64,000 bases of DNA from a candidate division WWE3 bacterium (GTDB lineage Bacteria > Patescibacteriota > WWE3 > 2-01-FULL-39-13): positions 18,317 through 82,316 of the forward strand of contig JALWZX010000011.1 of assembly GCA_027002375.1 (NCBI GenBank). Direction: 5' to 3'. The position numbers and the translations under genes are program-made. Positions 38,869-48,726 of this stretch are shown here, in pieces (the stretch's first letter is position 1; every line of letters starts with the position of its first letter). The notes beneath the pieces are model-generated. The model was not told the DNA's origin. It did no database searches and was given only the letters and a program-made list of their open reading frames with translations.

Positions 38869-41114
38869 AATTTGTTTATCTCATCAATCCCATAAACATA
38901 TAATCGATTTATCGCTCTAGTTGAAAAAACAAATAATCTTTTAGCAGAAATTGGGTTATTTGGATATAATTCTTTATTTGCATCTAATATAAAAACACTA
39001 TTAAATTCTAGCCCTTTTACCAAATCCCCAGGAACCAAGAATACACCATTATTACTAAATTCATCAAAAAACCTATCTACAAATACCAGGTCAAATTTAG
39101 CATCTTTATCTAACTTTTTACCTAAAGATTTTTCTGCATCTGCAAATTTCTTTGCCAACTTCTCAAATGTATCTTTTGCATTTTCACTATTAGGTTCTAT
39201 TATTCCAACAGCACGAAAGTCGCCGGCAAGTCGCATATTCACAACCTCTTTTACAACACTGTCTAACATTTCATCGTTATTATTAAATGTAGAAACCACA
39301 GGTTCGCTACCATGTCTATCAAATGGTTCAGGTAAATATGTAAAATCAGAAAACTTCTCTAGAATGCCCTTAGCAAATGTTATTATTTCTTTTGTTGTTC
39401 TGTAACTTATCTTAATATTGTAGTAATCAATATCATTTGAATCCCAAATATATTCTAAGTCTTGCCACGATTTCAAACTGCCATTGTCTTCTGTAGCTTG
39501 GTTTAAATCCCCCAAAATTGTGAATCCGTTTCCACGCACAAATGTATCTATCACTAAATAATTTAACAAACCTAAATCTTGAGCCTCGTCTACTATCACA
39601 TGCTTAAAACTTTTGTATGGCACTACGCCCCGCAATTTATACGCTATATAATAAACTGCCGATATATCATCAACACTCAATTGATTTTTGTTAAATTTTA
39701 TTTCAAAAGTATTTGGTACATAAGTAGACCGTAAGAATTCCCCATAAAACTTAATTGGGTCAAAAAGATTCAAAATCTTAGTTAATCGCCCAACAACAGA
39801 ATTTATACCCCTTAAACGACCCAATACAGCAGTATTACCCTGCTTATATTCTTCTGAATGGGCATCTGCGTCATCAGAATACGCATCGATCATATCAGAA
39901 ATTATGTCGTACGGCGCACGTATATCATATCTTGTAAAATATCTGTTCATTGAAAGATCGTTATATTGTGGAATTCTATCGATTTCCTTTTTTATGTAAT
40001 TCTTTTTATACTCGACAAATCTCTTTAACCCCTCTATAAACTCTATTGAATTCTTTTGTTTGCTATATTCATCTTTATGATTAAACGTTCTGCGAGAATC
40101 TATTTCGTAACCGAATCCCTTTAAAGACTTACGAATAAAACTTGTAAGCGTATTTCTGGCCAATGAGTAAATTTCTAGCTCAGGTAATGTTTGTGCCACA
40201 TAATTAACCAAAACCTTAGACGAAGACAGTAAAAGTGTATTATGTTCTGTTAAATAATCTTTGTATGTGTAAAAGAGATAAGACATTCGATGTATGGCTA
40301 CGGTTGTTTTTCCAGAGCCGGCGGTGCCTTGAACTACACAAATTCTAAACGGGTCTGATCTAATTATCTCATCTTGTTCTTTTTGAATGGTTCTGACAAT
40401 ATCTTCTAAGGCACCGCCGGCCTTTTTATTCAATTCACTAGACAGCAAGTCAATTCTTAAACTGTTATCGTAAATCGCAAGTAAATTATCATGCGAAACT
40501 TCTATATTTCGCCTCAATTGTAGTGCACCTTGAACTGTTCTATGCTCTTTTACCCACGGCTTACCCTCCACATCAACAGGAAAATCGTAAAATGCTTCTT
40601 TAGTAGGCTCTGTATAATTATAATATAGTGAAGCAATAGGTGAACGCCAATCCATAACCTGATATTCGCCATCTTTATGGTAGAAAGCATGTTTGCCTAT
40701 ATATAGAGACATAGTTTGACTTCCACCAAAAGTTTGCATACTGAAATTCGACTTCTCATTATCGCTTCTGTTAGCACTAACCCCAGTAGGCAAAAAATCA
40801 ATACGTGCAAAATATACCCTTTGCAATTGACCCTCTAATCTTTCAACAAATAATTTTAGAAACTGGTAACTTCGGGCTTCGAAGGTGTAATTAAGAGATT
40901 TTATCAAATCAACAGCGTCATCTTGCTTACCTTCTTTTGCAGCCTCTTTTAGGCCTTCTGCATAAAACTGTTCGAGTTTTTTTACTCTTCCACTATAAAC
41001 AGTATATTCCTGCCTTACTCTATTATATGTTTCTTTAAGATGATTTTCTTCTAACTTATATATATCGCCGTCCTCACCGCTATTCTTTTTTTTATTACGG
41101 GGAACTCTAGACAT
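38850..41114 (-). CDS. UvrD/HelD-family superfamily-1 DNA helicase
   Basis: Walker A VVQGTAGSGKTTVAIHR. UvrD-like C-terminal motifs (VFVDRFFDE...GLEFNSVFILD...LFVFSTRAINRLYVYG). ~750 aa with N-terminal coiled coil, as in helicase IV. Confidence 0.7.
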   Translation of the reverse strand: MSRVPRNKKKNSGEDGDIYKLEENHLKETYNRVRQEYTVYSGRVKKLEQFYAEGLKEAAKEGKQDDAVDLIKSLNYTFEARSYQFLKLFVERLEGQLQRVYFARIDFLPTGVSANRSDNEKSNFSMQTFGGSQTMSLYIGKHAFYHKDGEYQVMDWRSPIASLYYNYTEPTKEAFYDFPVDVEGKPWVKEHRTVQGALQLRRNIEVSHDNLLAIYDNSLRIDLLSSELNKKAGGALEDIVRTIQKEQDEIIRSDPFRICVVQGTAGSGKTTVAIHRMSYLFYTYKDYLTEHNTLLLSSSKVLVNYVAQTLPELEIYSLARNTLTSFIRKSLKGFGYEIDSRRTFNHKDEYSKQKNSIEFIEGLKRFVEYKKNYIKKEIDRIPQYNDLSMNRYFTRYDIRAPYDIISDMIDAYSDDADAHSEEYKQGNTAVLGRLRGINSVVGRLTKILNLFDPIKFYGEFLRSTYVPNTFEIKFNKNQLSVDDISAVYYIAYKLRGVVPYKSFKHVIVDEAQDLGLLNYLVIDTFVRGNGFTILGDLNQATEDNGSLKSWQDLEYIWDSNDIDYYNIKISYRTTKEIITFAKGILEKFSDFTYLPEPFDRHGSEPVVSTFNNNDEMLDSVVKEVVNMRLAGDFRAVGIIEPNSENAKDTFEKLAKKFADAEKSLGKKLDKDAKFDLVFVDRFFDEFSNNGVFLVPGDLVKGLEFNSVFILDANKELYPNNPISAKRLFVFSTRAINRLYVYGIDEINKLLSPIS

Positions 41115-41225
41115 CTAATTAAATTATCACACATTACTCGAAAGCACAACCTACTATTGTGCAATAATCCTAATCAAATTAAGCATATTTTGCATTGGAA
41201 AATATCTTCATTCACCTATACCTAT

Positions 41226-42035
41226 CTATTTACACTCACCATCAAATTTCTCTTGATCCTTCCAATTTCCACCGGCGTACGTATCTAGCCATTCCACTAG
41301 ATCACTACTCATGTCTTCTTCGTTTATGTTGAGTTGATTATTTGTAATATCAAATTGACCTTTTGCCAAAGATTCTAAAGCTGTAACATCTTCTGGTATA
41401 TCACACGACAATTTATTTTTCTGAGCATGAAACACTTTTAACTTTTTGAGGTTAGATATAGATTGTGGAATATTACCTTCAATCGCATTGTTCGCAATAG
41501 AAAGCATCTTTAACTCAGACAGATTTCCTATCTTCTCGGGAATTTCACCCCTGATATTATTTTGGTATATCTCAAGATATTCTAGGTTAGTCATATCTGC
41601 GAATTCACTTGCAAATTCCCCTTCAAACTCATTCATACTTATATTTAATTTTTTCAAACCGGTTAGAGTAGAAAACATTTCAACATCACCACTCAATTTA
41701 TTATTGCTTAAATCAAGAACCTGCAAATTTTCTAGCTTTTCCAAATCATTTGGCACCTTACCACTTAATTCATTCCCTGATAAATTTAAGGTTTGTAGAC
41801 CAGACAATACTGACAACCCCACAGGAATTTTACCTATCAAATTATTTTCACGTAAATCTAAATTAACCACATGTTTTTTGTCGTCACTACATTCTATGCC
41901 ATACCAATTACATACGCTCGTATCTGCAACCCAACCCGTATTATCTTTCCACTCTTTACCATTAGTTTCGTCAAAAAGCTTAGCCAATACAACACACTCC
42001 TCTTTTGACACATCAGCCACTTTTGTGCATACCAC
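41226..42035 (-). CDS. plant-specific-type leucine-rich repeat protein with LRRNT_2-like Cys cap
   Basis: CNWYGIEC cap followed by ~8 LxxLxxLxLSxNxLSGxIP-type repeats. No signal peptide of its own. It is in frame with the upstream ORF across a single TGA (see findings). Confidence 0.7.
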   Translation of the reverse strand: MVCTKVADVSKEECVVLAKLFDETNGKEWKDNTGWVADTSVCNWYGIECSDDKKHVVNLDLRENNLIGKIPVGLSVLSGLQTLNLSGNELSGKVPNDLEKLENLQVLDLSNNKLSGDVEMFSTLTGLKKLNISMNEFEGEFASEFADMTNLEYLEIYQNNIRGEIPEKIGNLSELKMLSIANNAIEGNIPQSISNLKKLKVFHAQKNKLSCDIPEDVTALESLAKGQFDITNNQLNINEEDMSSDLVEWLDTYAGGNWKDQEKFDGECK

Positions 42036-42089
42036 TGCTACATCACCAGCCTCGGTTAATTCACACGCCGAAGGTGAAACCGAATTATC

Positions 42090-44144
42090 TCAAGTGTATC
42101 CTTTTTCAACTTCACACAAAGAAGAACATCCATCAGAATTTGACAAATTACCATCATCACACAGTTCACCTTCGTCTATAACACCATTGCCACATAAACT
42201 TTCTTCAATACCACCATTATTCGTATCATTACCACCTATCCCATCATCGTTTCCATCACTGTTTTCATCGTCATTTTCATCATCGTCGTTAAGTGTAGCC
42301 ATTTCATCATCTGACATTTCGTTAACAGAAATAGATTTCACAGTCGCTACGGTTTTTGACTTTGTGGTTAAAACATATAACTCATCAGGTACAAAATCGT
42401 CAGTCGTTTCCAAATAATCTGACTTATTTGGTTCAAATATCTTAGACTGGTTACTCAACGAATCTTTCAAAATAACCTGAACGCCTCCACTTTCTATATC
42501 AGCATCAAAACGAACCTCGTAATACTTATTTTCTGCCAACAAAATGTCTTGATATATACCACTACCCTGTCTTTCACTTTCTATCTTCTGAAAACCATTG
42601 CCAGCTTCATAATGTCTATACGACACATTAGCATCCGTAAACTTAGGATACACCTGCCATCCTTTAGCTATCGTGCCGAAGTCACATGGCTCAGCATTAT
42701 CACCTGTAGTCTCATCTGCAACTGCACATACACGATATTTTATCGTAAAGTTGGGTCTCAAATCTTCTTTTGAATCATACGAATAGATAATCTGTGAACC
42801 ATCCGTACCATTACCCTTAGCTTCAAGTATCATTCCGTTATTGTCTTCTGGGTTACTTGTCCAATCTATTGTCAAAAACCTCAAATCTGCTTCATACTTA
42901 CCTGTATTGTTCACATCATTTAACACAGACGCAATCCCGTTTACGTCATTATCACCATTTGCACCAGGCACTTCCCACTTTTCAGAAGAATTTACATCAA
43001 TCCATGTAACATCCTTAATACTATCGTGCCAGTTTTTAGAGACACCCATAAATCTATAAACATTATCGACATCTCCAGAATTTTTAACATTAAAAGTGAA
43101 TGTAGCACTATCTATAATTGCATTACGGGGAATTTCAGCGAGATCCCAATAAAACAATGGCTTGTCAACGTTTGCCCCAACCATCAATTCTTCTTTGTCA
43201 CTAAAATTTTTGTCGTTTGACGAACCGCTTATATACGTATCGTTCCCACGAAAAGTTTTCTCACCTTTTTCGCATACAACGTGAACAGGCTTCAAATCAC
43301 CGCTTAAATCTTCTTCTATTCCATCGTCATCACCACTATCATCTATATTATCACTATCTTCATCGCCCGTATTATCTGTATCATCATTAGCATCTCCATT
43401 ATCGATCCCGTCAGAATCTGAACTATCTTCTTTATATTCGACAGATAATGTTGGTTCCTTTTCACCATTCTCAGAAGACCAAAATGTATAATCCTTATCA
43501 ACAGCATCTGTAACAAGCAAAACACCATAGTTACCATTACTTATTTGCTCGCTAACGATATCCGTAATATCAACTAATGTTGTATTTCCGTCTTTATATA
43601 TATAACCTTCTCCATGTGCTGTATTTAAAAACTCATTAACCAATTCGTTCCCGCTAATTGGCGGTAAGGGCCCACTGATTGCACCAACAGGATTAAACTT
43701 TTCGCCATCATACGTTCCAAGCAATTTTATAATCTCTTGTACATCTTGTTTTTTACTGTTCCACGATTCATCGAGCATGAAAGCGTAAATTTTGTTGGTT
43801 TCCTTATCAAAATTTTCAGTCGGCATTAACCTAACAGTAGCCTTCAAAATAGTTTTGTTAGAATCTAAATTTGCTAAATCAAACTTAATATACGAGACAG
43901 TCTCGCCACGCTTAAAATGAAGCATGTTATCTGTATATTCAGAACCATCTTTTGCATAGCTCTCATCCTCACTAGCCAGAATGCTCAAGCTATCAGTACC
44001 CAACACAGCCTTTTTATAACTATCAGACACCTCAGCATGTATAGTGCCAATGTTGTAAAAAGAATATAAGCCTACGATAAGCACAAAGGATAAAATTCCT
44101 GATAATGAAGTTTTAATGTTTTTTAAAAGTCTTTTTCTGGGCAT
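42090..44144 (-). CDS. secreted surface protein with two DNRLRE-like modules, poly-acidic linkers and C-terminal Myxococcus-type cysteine-rich repeat
   Basis: Signal peptide ...IGTIHA. DNRLRE-like motifs (VSYIKFDLANLDSNKTILKATVRLM; LFYWDLAEIPRNAIIDSATFTFNV). D/E/G-rich runs. Terminal CGNGVIDEGELCDDGNLSNSDGCSSLC. Confidence 0.6.
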   Translation of the reverse strand: MPRKRLLKNIKTSLSGILSFVLIVGLYSFYNIGTIHAEVSDSYKKAVLGTDSLSILASEDESYAKDGSEYTDNMLHFKRGETVSYIKFDLANLDSNKTILKATVRLMPTENFDKETNKIYAFMLDESWNSKKQDVQEIIKLLGTYDGEKFNPVGAISGPLPPISGNELVNEFLNTAHGEGYIYKDGNTTLVDITDIVSEQISNGNYGVLLVTDAVDKDYTFWSSENGEKEPTLSVEYKEDSSDSDGIDNGDANDDTDNTGDEDSDNIDDSGDDDGIEEDLSGDLKPVHVVCEKGEKTFRGNDTYISGSSNDKNFSDKEELMVGANVDKPLFYWDLAEIPRNAIIDSATFTFNVKNSGDVDNVYRFMGVSKNWHDSIKDVTWIDVNSSEKWEVPGANGDNDVNGIASVLNDVNNTGKYEADLRFLTIDWTSNPEDNNGMILEAKGNGTDGSQIIYSYDSKEDLRPNFTIKYRVCAVADETTGDNAEPCDFGTIAKGWQVYPKFTDANVSYRHYEAGNGFQKIESERQGSGIYQDILLAENKYYEVRFDADIESGGVQVILKDSLSNQSKIFEPNKSDYLETTDDFVPDELYVLTTKSKTVATVKSISVNEMSDDEMATLNDDDENDDENSDGNDDGIGGNDTNNGGIEESLCGNGVIDEGELCDDGNLSNSDGCSSLCEVEKGYT

Positions 44145-44410
44145 GTTACACCTTTGGGATAAGTATATTTAACTTCAACAGAGCCTTCTGTAAAAGACCC
44201 ATTGTTAACTCTTTCTGTGGTTTTGTCTGTTCCTGCTTCTTGCTTAGTATTAACGACTTGCATAGCTGAATAAATTACAACAGGTAATGCTAAAAACAAA
44301 AAGACTGCTATTGCTATTTGTTTTTTGCTAAGTGAAGTGCTTTGCATATTACATATATTTTACACTATATATTTAGGAAATCAAAATCTATGCAACATAC
44401 ATTGAATTCC

Positions 44411-44546
44411 TTTATAAGTTTGGCGATAATGAAACCACGGGCTTCAGCCCGTGGTTTCTTATCAGCAATTACTCTATATTGACTAACTCCATCCACACAT
44501 TAAAGCGCGTATTTTTAAGTTTGGCGATAATAAATTTAAAATATAG
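44411..44546 (+). repeat. MITE-like interspersed repeat, copy 5, with extra flanking 3'-end unit (AAGTTTGGCGATAAT present at both ends)
   Basis: AAGTTTGGCGATAATGAAA-CCACGGGCTTCAGCCCGTGG-TTTCTTATCAGCAATTACTCTATATTGACTAACTCCATCCACACATTAAAGCGCGTATTTTTAAGTTTGGCGATAATAAA. Confidence 0.6.
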
Positions 44547-44573
44547 TAAACCATTCTTGATTGACATATTAGT

Positions 44574-45893
44574 GTGGCAACTGTAAATTACTATATTATG
44601 AACGGAAAAATAATATTTACAACTCTAACCATCTTTGTAGTATCAGTAGTGGCGCTCGTTTTTATTAAAGACTTTAAAAATCGACGGGATGCAAAAACAG
44701 TTTATGTTGGACCAACAAAAGTTCTATGCCTAAGTAACAGGTTACAACGATGTTACCAAATAAAAGAAAATGAAAATGATGATTACAAATTATTCAATGG
44801 TACTATTCGAAACTTCTCATATGTACCAGGTTATGAATATAAATTACTCGTAGATGAAGTAACAGTTGAAAACATAAACAATGGTCAAAAATTTGTAACG
44901 TACGACTTGTATAAGCAAGTAGAGAAAAAAGAAGTTCCCTATGTATTAACAGTAACTCCAAACGATGGGCAAGTATTACCAATAAACAGATCATTCACGG
45001 TGGCAGGAAAAGCAAGAGGTGTATATGAAGGAAACATAGTAATAGAAGCTAAAGACCTAAAAGGCAACTTGCTAGCAAGAGTTCCCACAACAATGCCAAC
45101 AGACAAGCCAGGTGCAGAATCTGTCTGGCAAGCGCAATTATCGGTAAATACAAAACCTGGAACCAAAGCATTAATTGTAGCTTACTCACCTAGCCCGGCG
45201 AACGAATCAGAAACTAAAAAAACAGATGAAAACAAAAACAATGAACAAGACACACAAAAGAAAGACGAAAATAACAACCAAGACGCTCAAAAAGCAACTG
45301 TTAACCCACTATCTTACTCAACAATAGTTGTTTTTGATCCAAAAGCAAAAGCAATTCCTGTTCAAACATCTTTAGAAAATACATCATGGCTTTTAAAGTC
45401 GTACAAAACTCCAAACGGAACAGAGATAAAACAAGCGTCACAAACAACACCGGTAACAGCAACCTTCTTAAACGGTAAAATTGGCGGAACTTCAGGATGC
45501 AATAACTACCAAGCCAGTTACGAAACAAAAGGGGACACAATAACTGTAGGGCCAATAGCATCTACACGAAAAGCTTGTGAGGATAATGTAAATAAATTAG
45601 AAAACGATTACCAATTAAGCCTGCAATCTGTTGCTTACTATCAAGCACAACCAACATCTCTAATACTTTATAATTCACAAAGAGTACCTTTGCTAGAATA
45701 TACTAGAGTAATAAGAAGAAAACAGACACCAAATCAAGATCAAAATACAAGCGATCAGCAAGATGCCAACAAAGAAAATACAGACGACAATACACAACAA
45801 TCAGAAGATATGAATAACGACAAACAAGATACAAACAAGCAAACTGATCAAGAAAAAACTGATCAGAACACGAATGATCAACAACAAAATTAA
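44574..45893 (+). CDS. membrane-anchored DUF4377-like + Ig-like + META/HslJ-domain protein with Q/N/D-rich tail
   Basis: N-terminal TM. META-like region (WLLKSY...FLNGKIGGTSGCNNYQASYETKGDTITVGPIASTRKAC). Low-complexity C-terminus. Confidence 0.55.
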   Translation: MATVNYYIMNGKIIFTTLTIFVVSVVALVFIKDFKNRRDAKTVYVGPTKVLCLSNRLQRCYQIKENENDDYKLFNGTIRNFSYVPGYEYKLLVDEVTVENINNGQKFVTYDLYKQVEKKEVPYVLTVTPNDGQVLPINRSFTVAGKARGVYEGNIVIEAKDLKGNLLARVPTTMPTDKPGAESVWQAQLSVNTKPGTKALIVAYSPSPANESETKKTDENKNNEQDTQKKDENNNQDAQKATVNPLSYSTIVVFDPKAKAIPVQTSLENTSWLLKSYKTPNGTEIKQASQTTPVTATFLNGKIGGTSGCNNYQASYETKGDTITVGPIASTRKACEDNVNKLENDYQLSLQSVAYYQAQPTSLILYNSQRVPLLEYTRVIRRKQTPNQDQNTSDQQDANKENTDDNTQQSEDMNNDKQDTNKQTDQEKTDQNTNDQQQN

Positions 45894-45965
45894 AAAGATC
45901 AAAATACTGATCAATGAATGAGTCAAAATACAAACGAATGATTTCTAAATTAATACGAATTTAGA

Positions 45966-46003
45966 AAAAAAGGGGTGGCATTTCATGCCACCCCTTTTTC
46001 GTT
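45966..46003. terminator. bidirectional rho-independent terminator (AAAAAGGGGTGGCAT-ttc-ATGCCACCCCTTTTT)
   Basis: Perfect 13-bp stem with an A-tract 5' and a T-tract 3'. Lies between 44574-45893 and 46095-47591. Confidence 0.75.
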
Positions 46004-46094
46004 TTCGTCAAGCGATAGCAACTGTGCACAGCGATCGCAATGGAAATACTTAAACTTCCTCTACAAACAGCAAGCGCAATACAATATTTAAACC

Positions 46095-47591
46095 TTGATT
46101 CAAGTTGATTTTATATATAGAATCAACACAATAATTATGAGCAACAAAAATGGCTCATACAAAATAAAATCTCTAGATGAGCGCGATCATCTATGTACAA
46201 AGGCAGTAAATCTGAGAGAATCCGGTAATCTTAAAAAGTCGTTAATATTATTTGAGCGAATCAAAAATTTTGATCAAAAGCATAATAGGCATGAGCCCCT
46301 AATAGATATTTTAGGACATATTAGAATCGTATACACACGCCTCGCAGAATCATCATCATGCAAAAGTAAAAAATTACATTATCTTTACAACGCGCTACAA
46401 GCATTAAATGATGCAACAAACGTTTGTACAAGCCACCCATCAATCAGCATAGAAACTCAGTCAGTACTTCATGCCCACATTTCAAGTGTAATACTAAAAT
46501 TGTCATTGCTAGAAGATTATGATAACTACAAAAAGAACAAACTGTTAAATTCAGCCTTAGAACACATAGAGAAATCAATCAAAAACATTCCTGGATCGAT
46601 CGCACATAAGGCTTGGCCAGCAAATACTAAAGCACAAATATTATTAGAACTTGGCAATATAGAAGAAGCATTAACAACAGTAAAAAGTGCAGAAACATGG
46701 TTAAAAACAGGGAAAAACGCTGAACTGTCCTCGAATGATGCAACCTCTCATATAAAATTAGATGTTTGGACAACAGGATTATATTTAACAAAGGCAAAAA
46801 TCTACATGGCCGAATTAAAACCGATTTTAGCAAAATATTATATAGATCTAGTACTAGACTACCCGACCATAGAAAATCATCTTGAAGAACGAAAAAAAGA
46901 TGCTCAGATCCTTTTAGATAAACTAAAAGAAAAGTTTTGGTATTTAGACATATTGGAAACAAATCTAAAACCGACAAATCTAACCATAAAATCGAGCGTA
47001 TATGAGAGAAACTTAACACTTGAATCATATATTAAAAATCAACTCGCGTCTGCACCAAATCAAACACCGCTTTCCCTAGAATCCATAAAATTCTGGGACA
47101 CATATAACAATAACCCTATAGGTAAAATAGAAACCTCACTGGCAGAACTATATGTAAATTCCCATAAAAAAATCTCATCAAATAACCATAAGAATAACAC
47201 AAAAGACAATTTTGAAATAGACGAAATAAGTAATAGGTATCTTAAGATAGCCTATATACAAAAAGAAATCAACTATTCCCAAGTTAGCGATATAAATCAA
47301 CTGCGAAAGTATCTAACGGTCTTAAATACACTCACGGACACGAATGATGAGCTACGCGTTTATTCCACGCAACTACAAGCGCATATATTATATATGCTTC
47401 ACAGAACTAGAGAGTCTTTAGAAACATTAAGTTATTCGGCAAATCTACTCAATAACTTGAAAAACGAAACCGACTACTACAAGATATTAAAAATAAATGA
47501 ATCAAAAAGTTACATAAAAATATATTCATCAGAAAAAGAAGGGAAACTTCTAAAAAAGCACCTACACAATATAGATAACCTACTGAAATGA
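46095..47591 (+). CDS. hypothetical all-helical cytoplasmic protein (498 aa)
   Basis: Intact ORF with no TM and a helical-repeat-like composition. No catalytic motif seen. Confidence 0.4.
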   Translation: MIQVDFIYRINTIIMSNKNGSYKIKSLDERDHLCTKAVNLRESGNLKKSLILFERIKNFDQKHNRHEPLIDILGHIRIVYTRLAESSSCKSKKLHYLYNALQALNDATNVCTSHPSISIETQSVLHAHISSVILKLSLLEDYDNYKKNKLLNSALEHIEKSIKNIPGSIAHKAWPANTKAQILLELGNIEEALTTVKSAETWLKTGKNAELSSNDATSHIKLDVWTTGLYLTKAKIYMAELKPILAKYYIDLVLDYPTIENHLEERKKDAQILLDKLKEKFWYLDILETNLKPTNLTIKSSVYERNLTLESYIKNQLASAPNQTPLSLESIKFWDTYNNNPIGKIETSLAELYVNSHKKISSNNHKNNTKDNFEIDEISNRYLKIAYIQKEINYSQVSDINQLRKYLTVLNTLTDTNDELRVYSTQLQAHILYMLHRTRESLETLSYSANLLNNLKNETDYYKILKINESKSYIKIYSSEKEGKLLKKHLHNIDNLLK

Positions 47592-47624
47592 CAAGAAGAG
47601 CCTACAGGGTTTTATGAAAAATAA

Positions 47625-48062
47625 TTATCTTTCTATCACTAAAAGTGTAACAGGCAATACGGTATCGTCAAATTTACTTGGCGTAGTAACAATCAAATTA
47701 ACCCTTGAGTTTTCATGCTGTTTTGCAACTCTAAACCCCTTATCTTCATACTCTACAGGCAACACAACAGTTATCATTGCATCATCTTTTATCTGTATAC
47801 CATTAAGCACATCATAAAAAGTTTGAGTTCTATCTTTCGTTAAATTTAAATCAATATCAATTCGTCTCTCTCTCAAATTGTCAATATCAGTACTATTCGT
47901 CGAATCTTCTTTATTCACGACTGTAAATGTTTTCTGCGCACCAAGTACACTACTCTGTGGTTTGTCGTACTCGATAAATCCAGATGCCAAATATGGCAAT
48001 GTAAACAAGCCAAACAACATTAGAACCAATACTGAATTTTTTATCAAACTTTTATTTTTCAT
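47625..48062 (-). CDS. small secreted/anchored hypothetical protein
   Basis: N-terminal signal/TM LVLMLFGLFTLPYLASG. Its start overlaps the stop of the upstream gene by 4 nt, suggesting an operon with 48059-48631. Confidence 0.4.
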   Translation of the reverse strand: MKNKSLIKNSVLVLMLFGLFTLPYLASGFIEYDKPQSSVLGAQKTFTVVNKEDSTNSTDIDNLRERRIDIDLNLTKDRTQTFYDVLNGIQIKDDAMITVVLPVEYEDKGFRVAKQHENSRVNLIVTTPSKFDDTVLPVTLLVIER

Positions 48063-48631
48063 GATACTATATCCTTTTTGAGTTGATCTATTGTAACTAC
48101 ATTAACTACTTGATTATCAGTATTTTTCTTTGGGGAAACCTCTCGTTCAACGTCAACGACTAACAAAACTGTAGCCACAACCGATGCAATTAAAGAAAAC
48201 CAAAAAACAGACCAATATGATAACGCATAAAAAGATTGAACACCAAACATAATTGTTAATAACCATGCATAAGATAGCCAAATAAATGCCTGCGAAAAAA
48301 TCGTCTCAGAATTATGAATTAAACCTTGCATATTAGAATTGTATAATTTTGCAGATAATGACGGTGTAACATGTGTATCATGAAAAACATGCGCCTTTAC
48401 AACAACCCAAATCAATCCTCCCAAAACAGAAGCTAGCATAAAATAAGAAGAATATGAATTAATCGCGATAAAATTCTCAAAATTTTCGAACGACAATCTA
48501 ACACCATCGACGGCATAATCAGCTTGAAAATAATGTGTTAAAAAGACAATCCCTATAATTTTGGCAGCAACTATCAAAACTGCTGGAAATATTGCGTAAT
48601 CAATGAGTTTTATTAATGTTTTAGAAAACAT
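48059..48631 (-). CDS. integral membrane protein (4-5 TM), unknown function
   Basis: Multiple hydrophobic helices. Translationally coupled to 47625-48062. Confidence 0.45.
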   Translation of the reverse strand: MFSKTLIKLIDYAIFPAVLIVAAKIIGIVFLTHYFQADYAVDGVRLSFENFENFIAINSYSSYFMLASVLGGLIWVVVKAHVFHDTHVTPSLSAKLYNSNMQGLIHNSETIFSQAFIWLSYAWLLTIMFGVQSFYALSYWSVFWFSLIASVVATVLLVVDVEREVSPKKNTDNQVVNVVTIDQLKKDIVS

Positions 48632-48726
48632 AGGCAGAATTCCTTATATAACAAAATTGCTTATATAATAATTATAGTACAAAAGTAATAAACATCAAAC
48701 TATTTTTCAAATTACTGGCAATGCGG

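Noticed and set aside
42087-42089. Genome-wide UGA reassignment (for example code 25, UGA=Gly) to explain the in-frame TGA
   Set aside because: ORFs of 2000-2700 aa are uninterrupted, and TGA terminates at least one other ORF (50-568) at a plausible gene end. Most genes end in TAA or TAG, as expected for code 11 in an AT-rich genome.
41446-42417. 323-aa plus-strand ORF (S/P-rich) overlapping the LRR and 684-aa genes
   Set aside because: It is antisense to two well-supported coding regions and has low-complexity composition typical of a shadow ORF in a repeat-coding region.
44123-44347. 74-aa ORF with signal-like N-terminus overlapping the start of the 684-aa gene
   Set aside because: It overlaps the better-supported start and signal peptide of 42090-44144 in another frame. 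It could be real but is unsupported.
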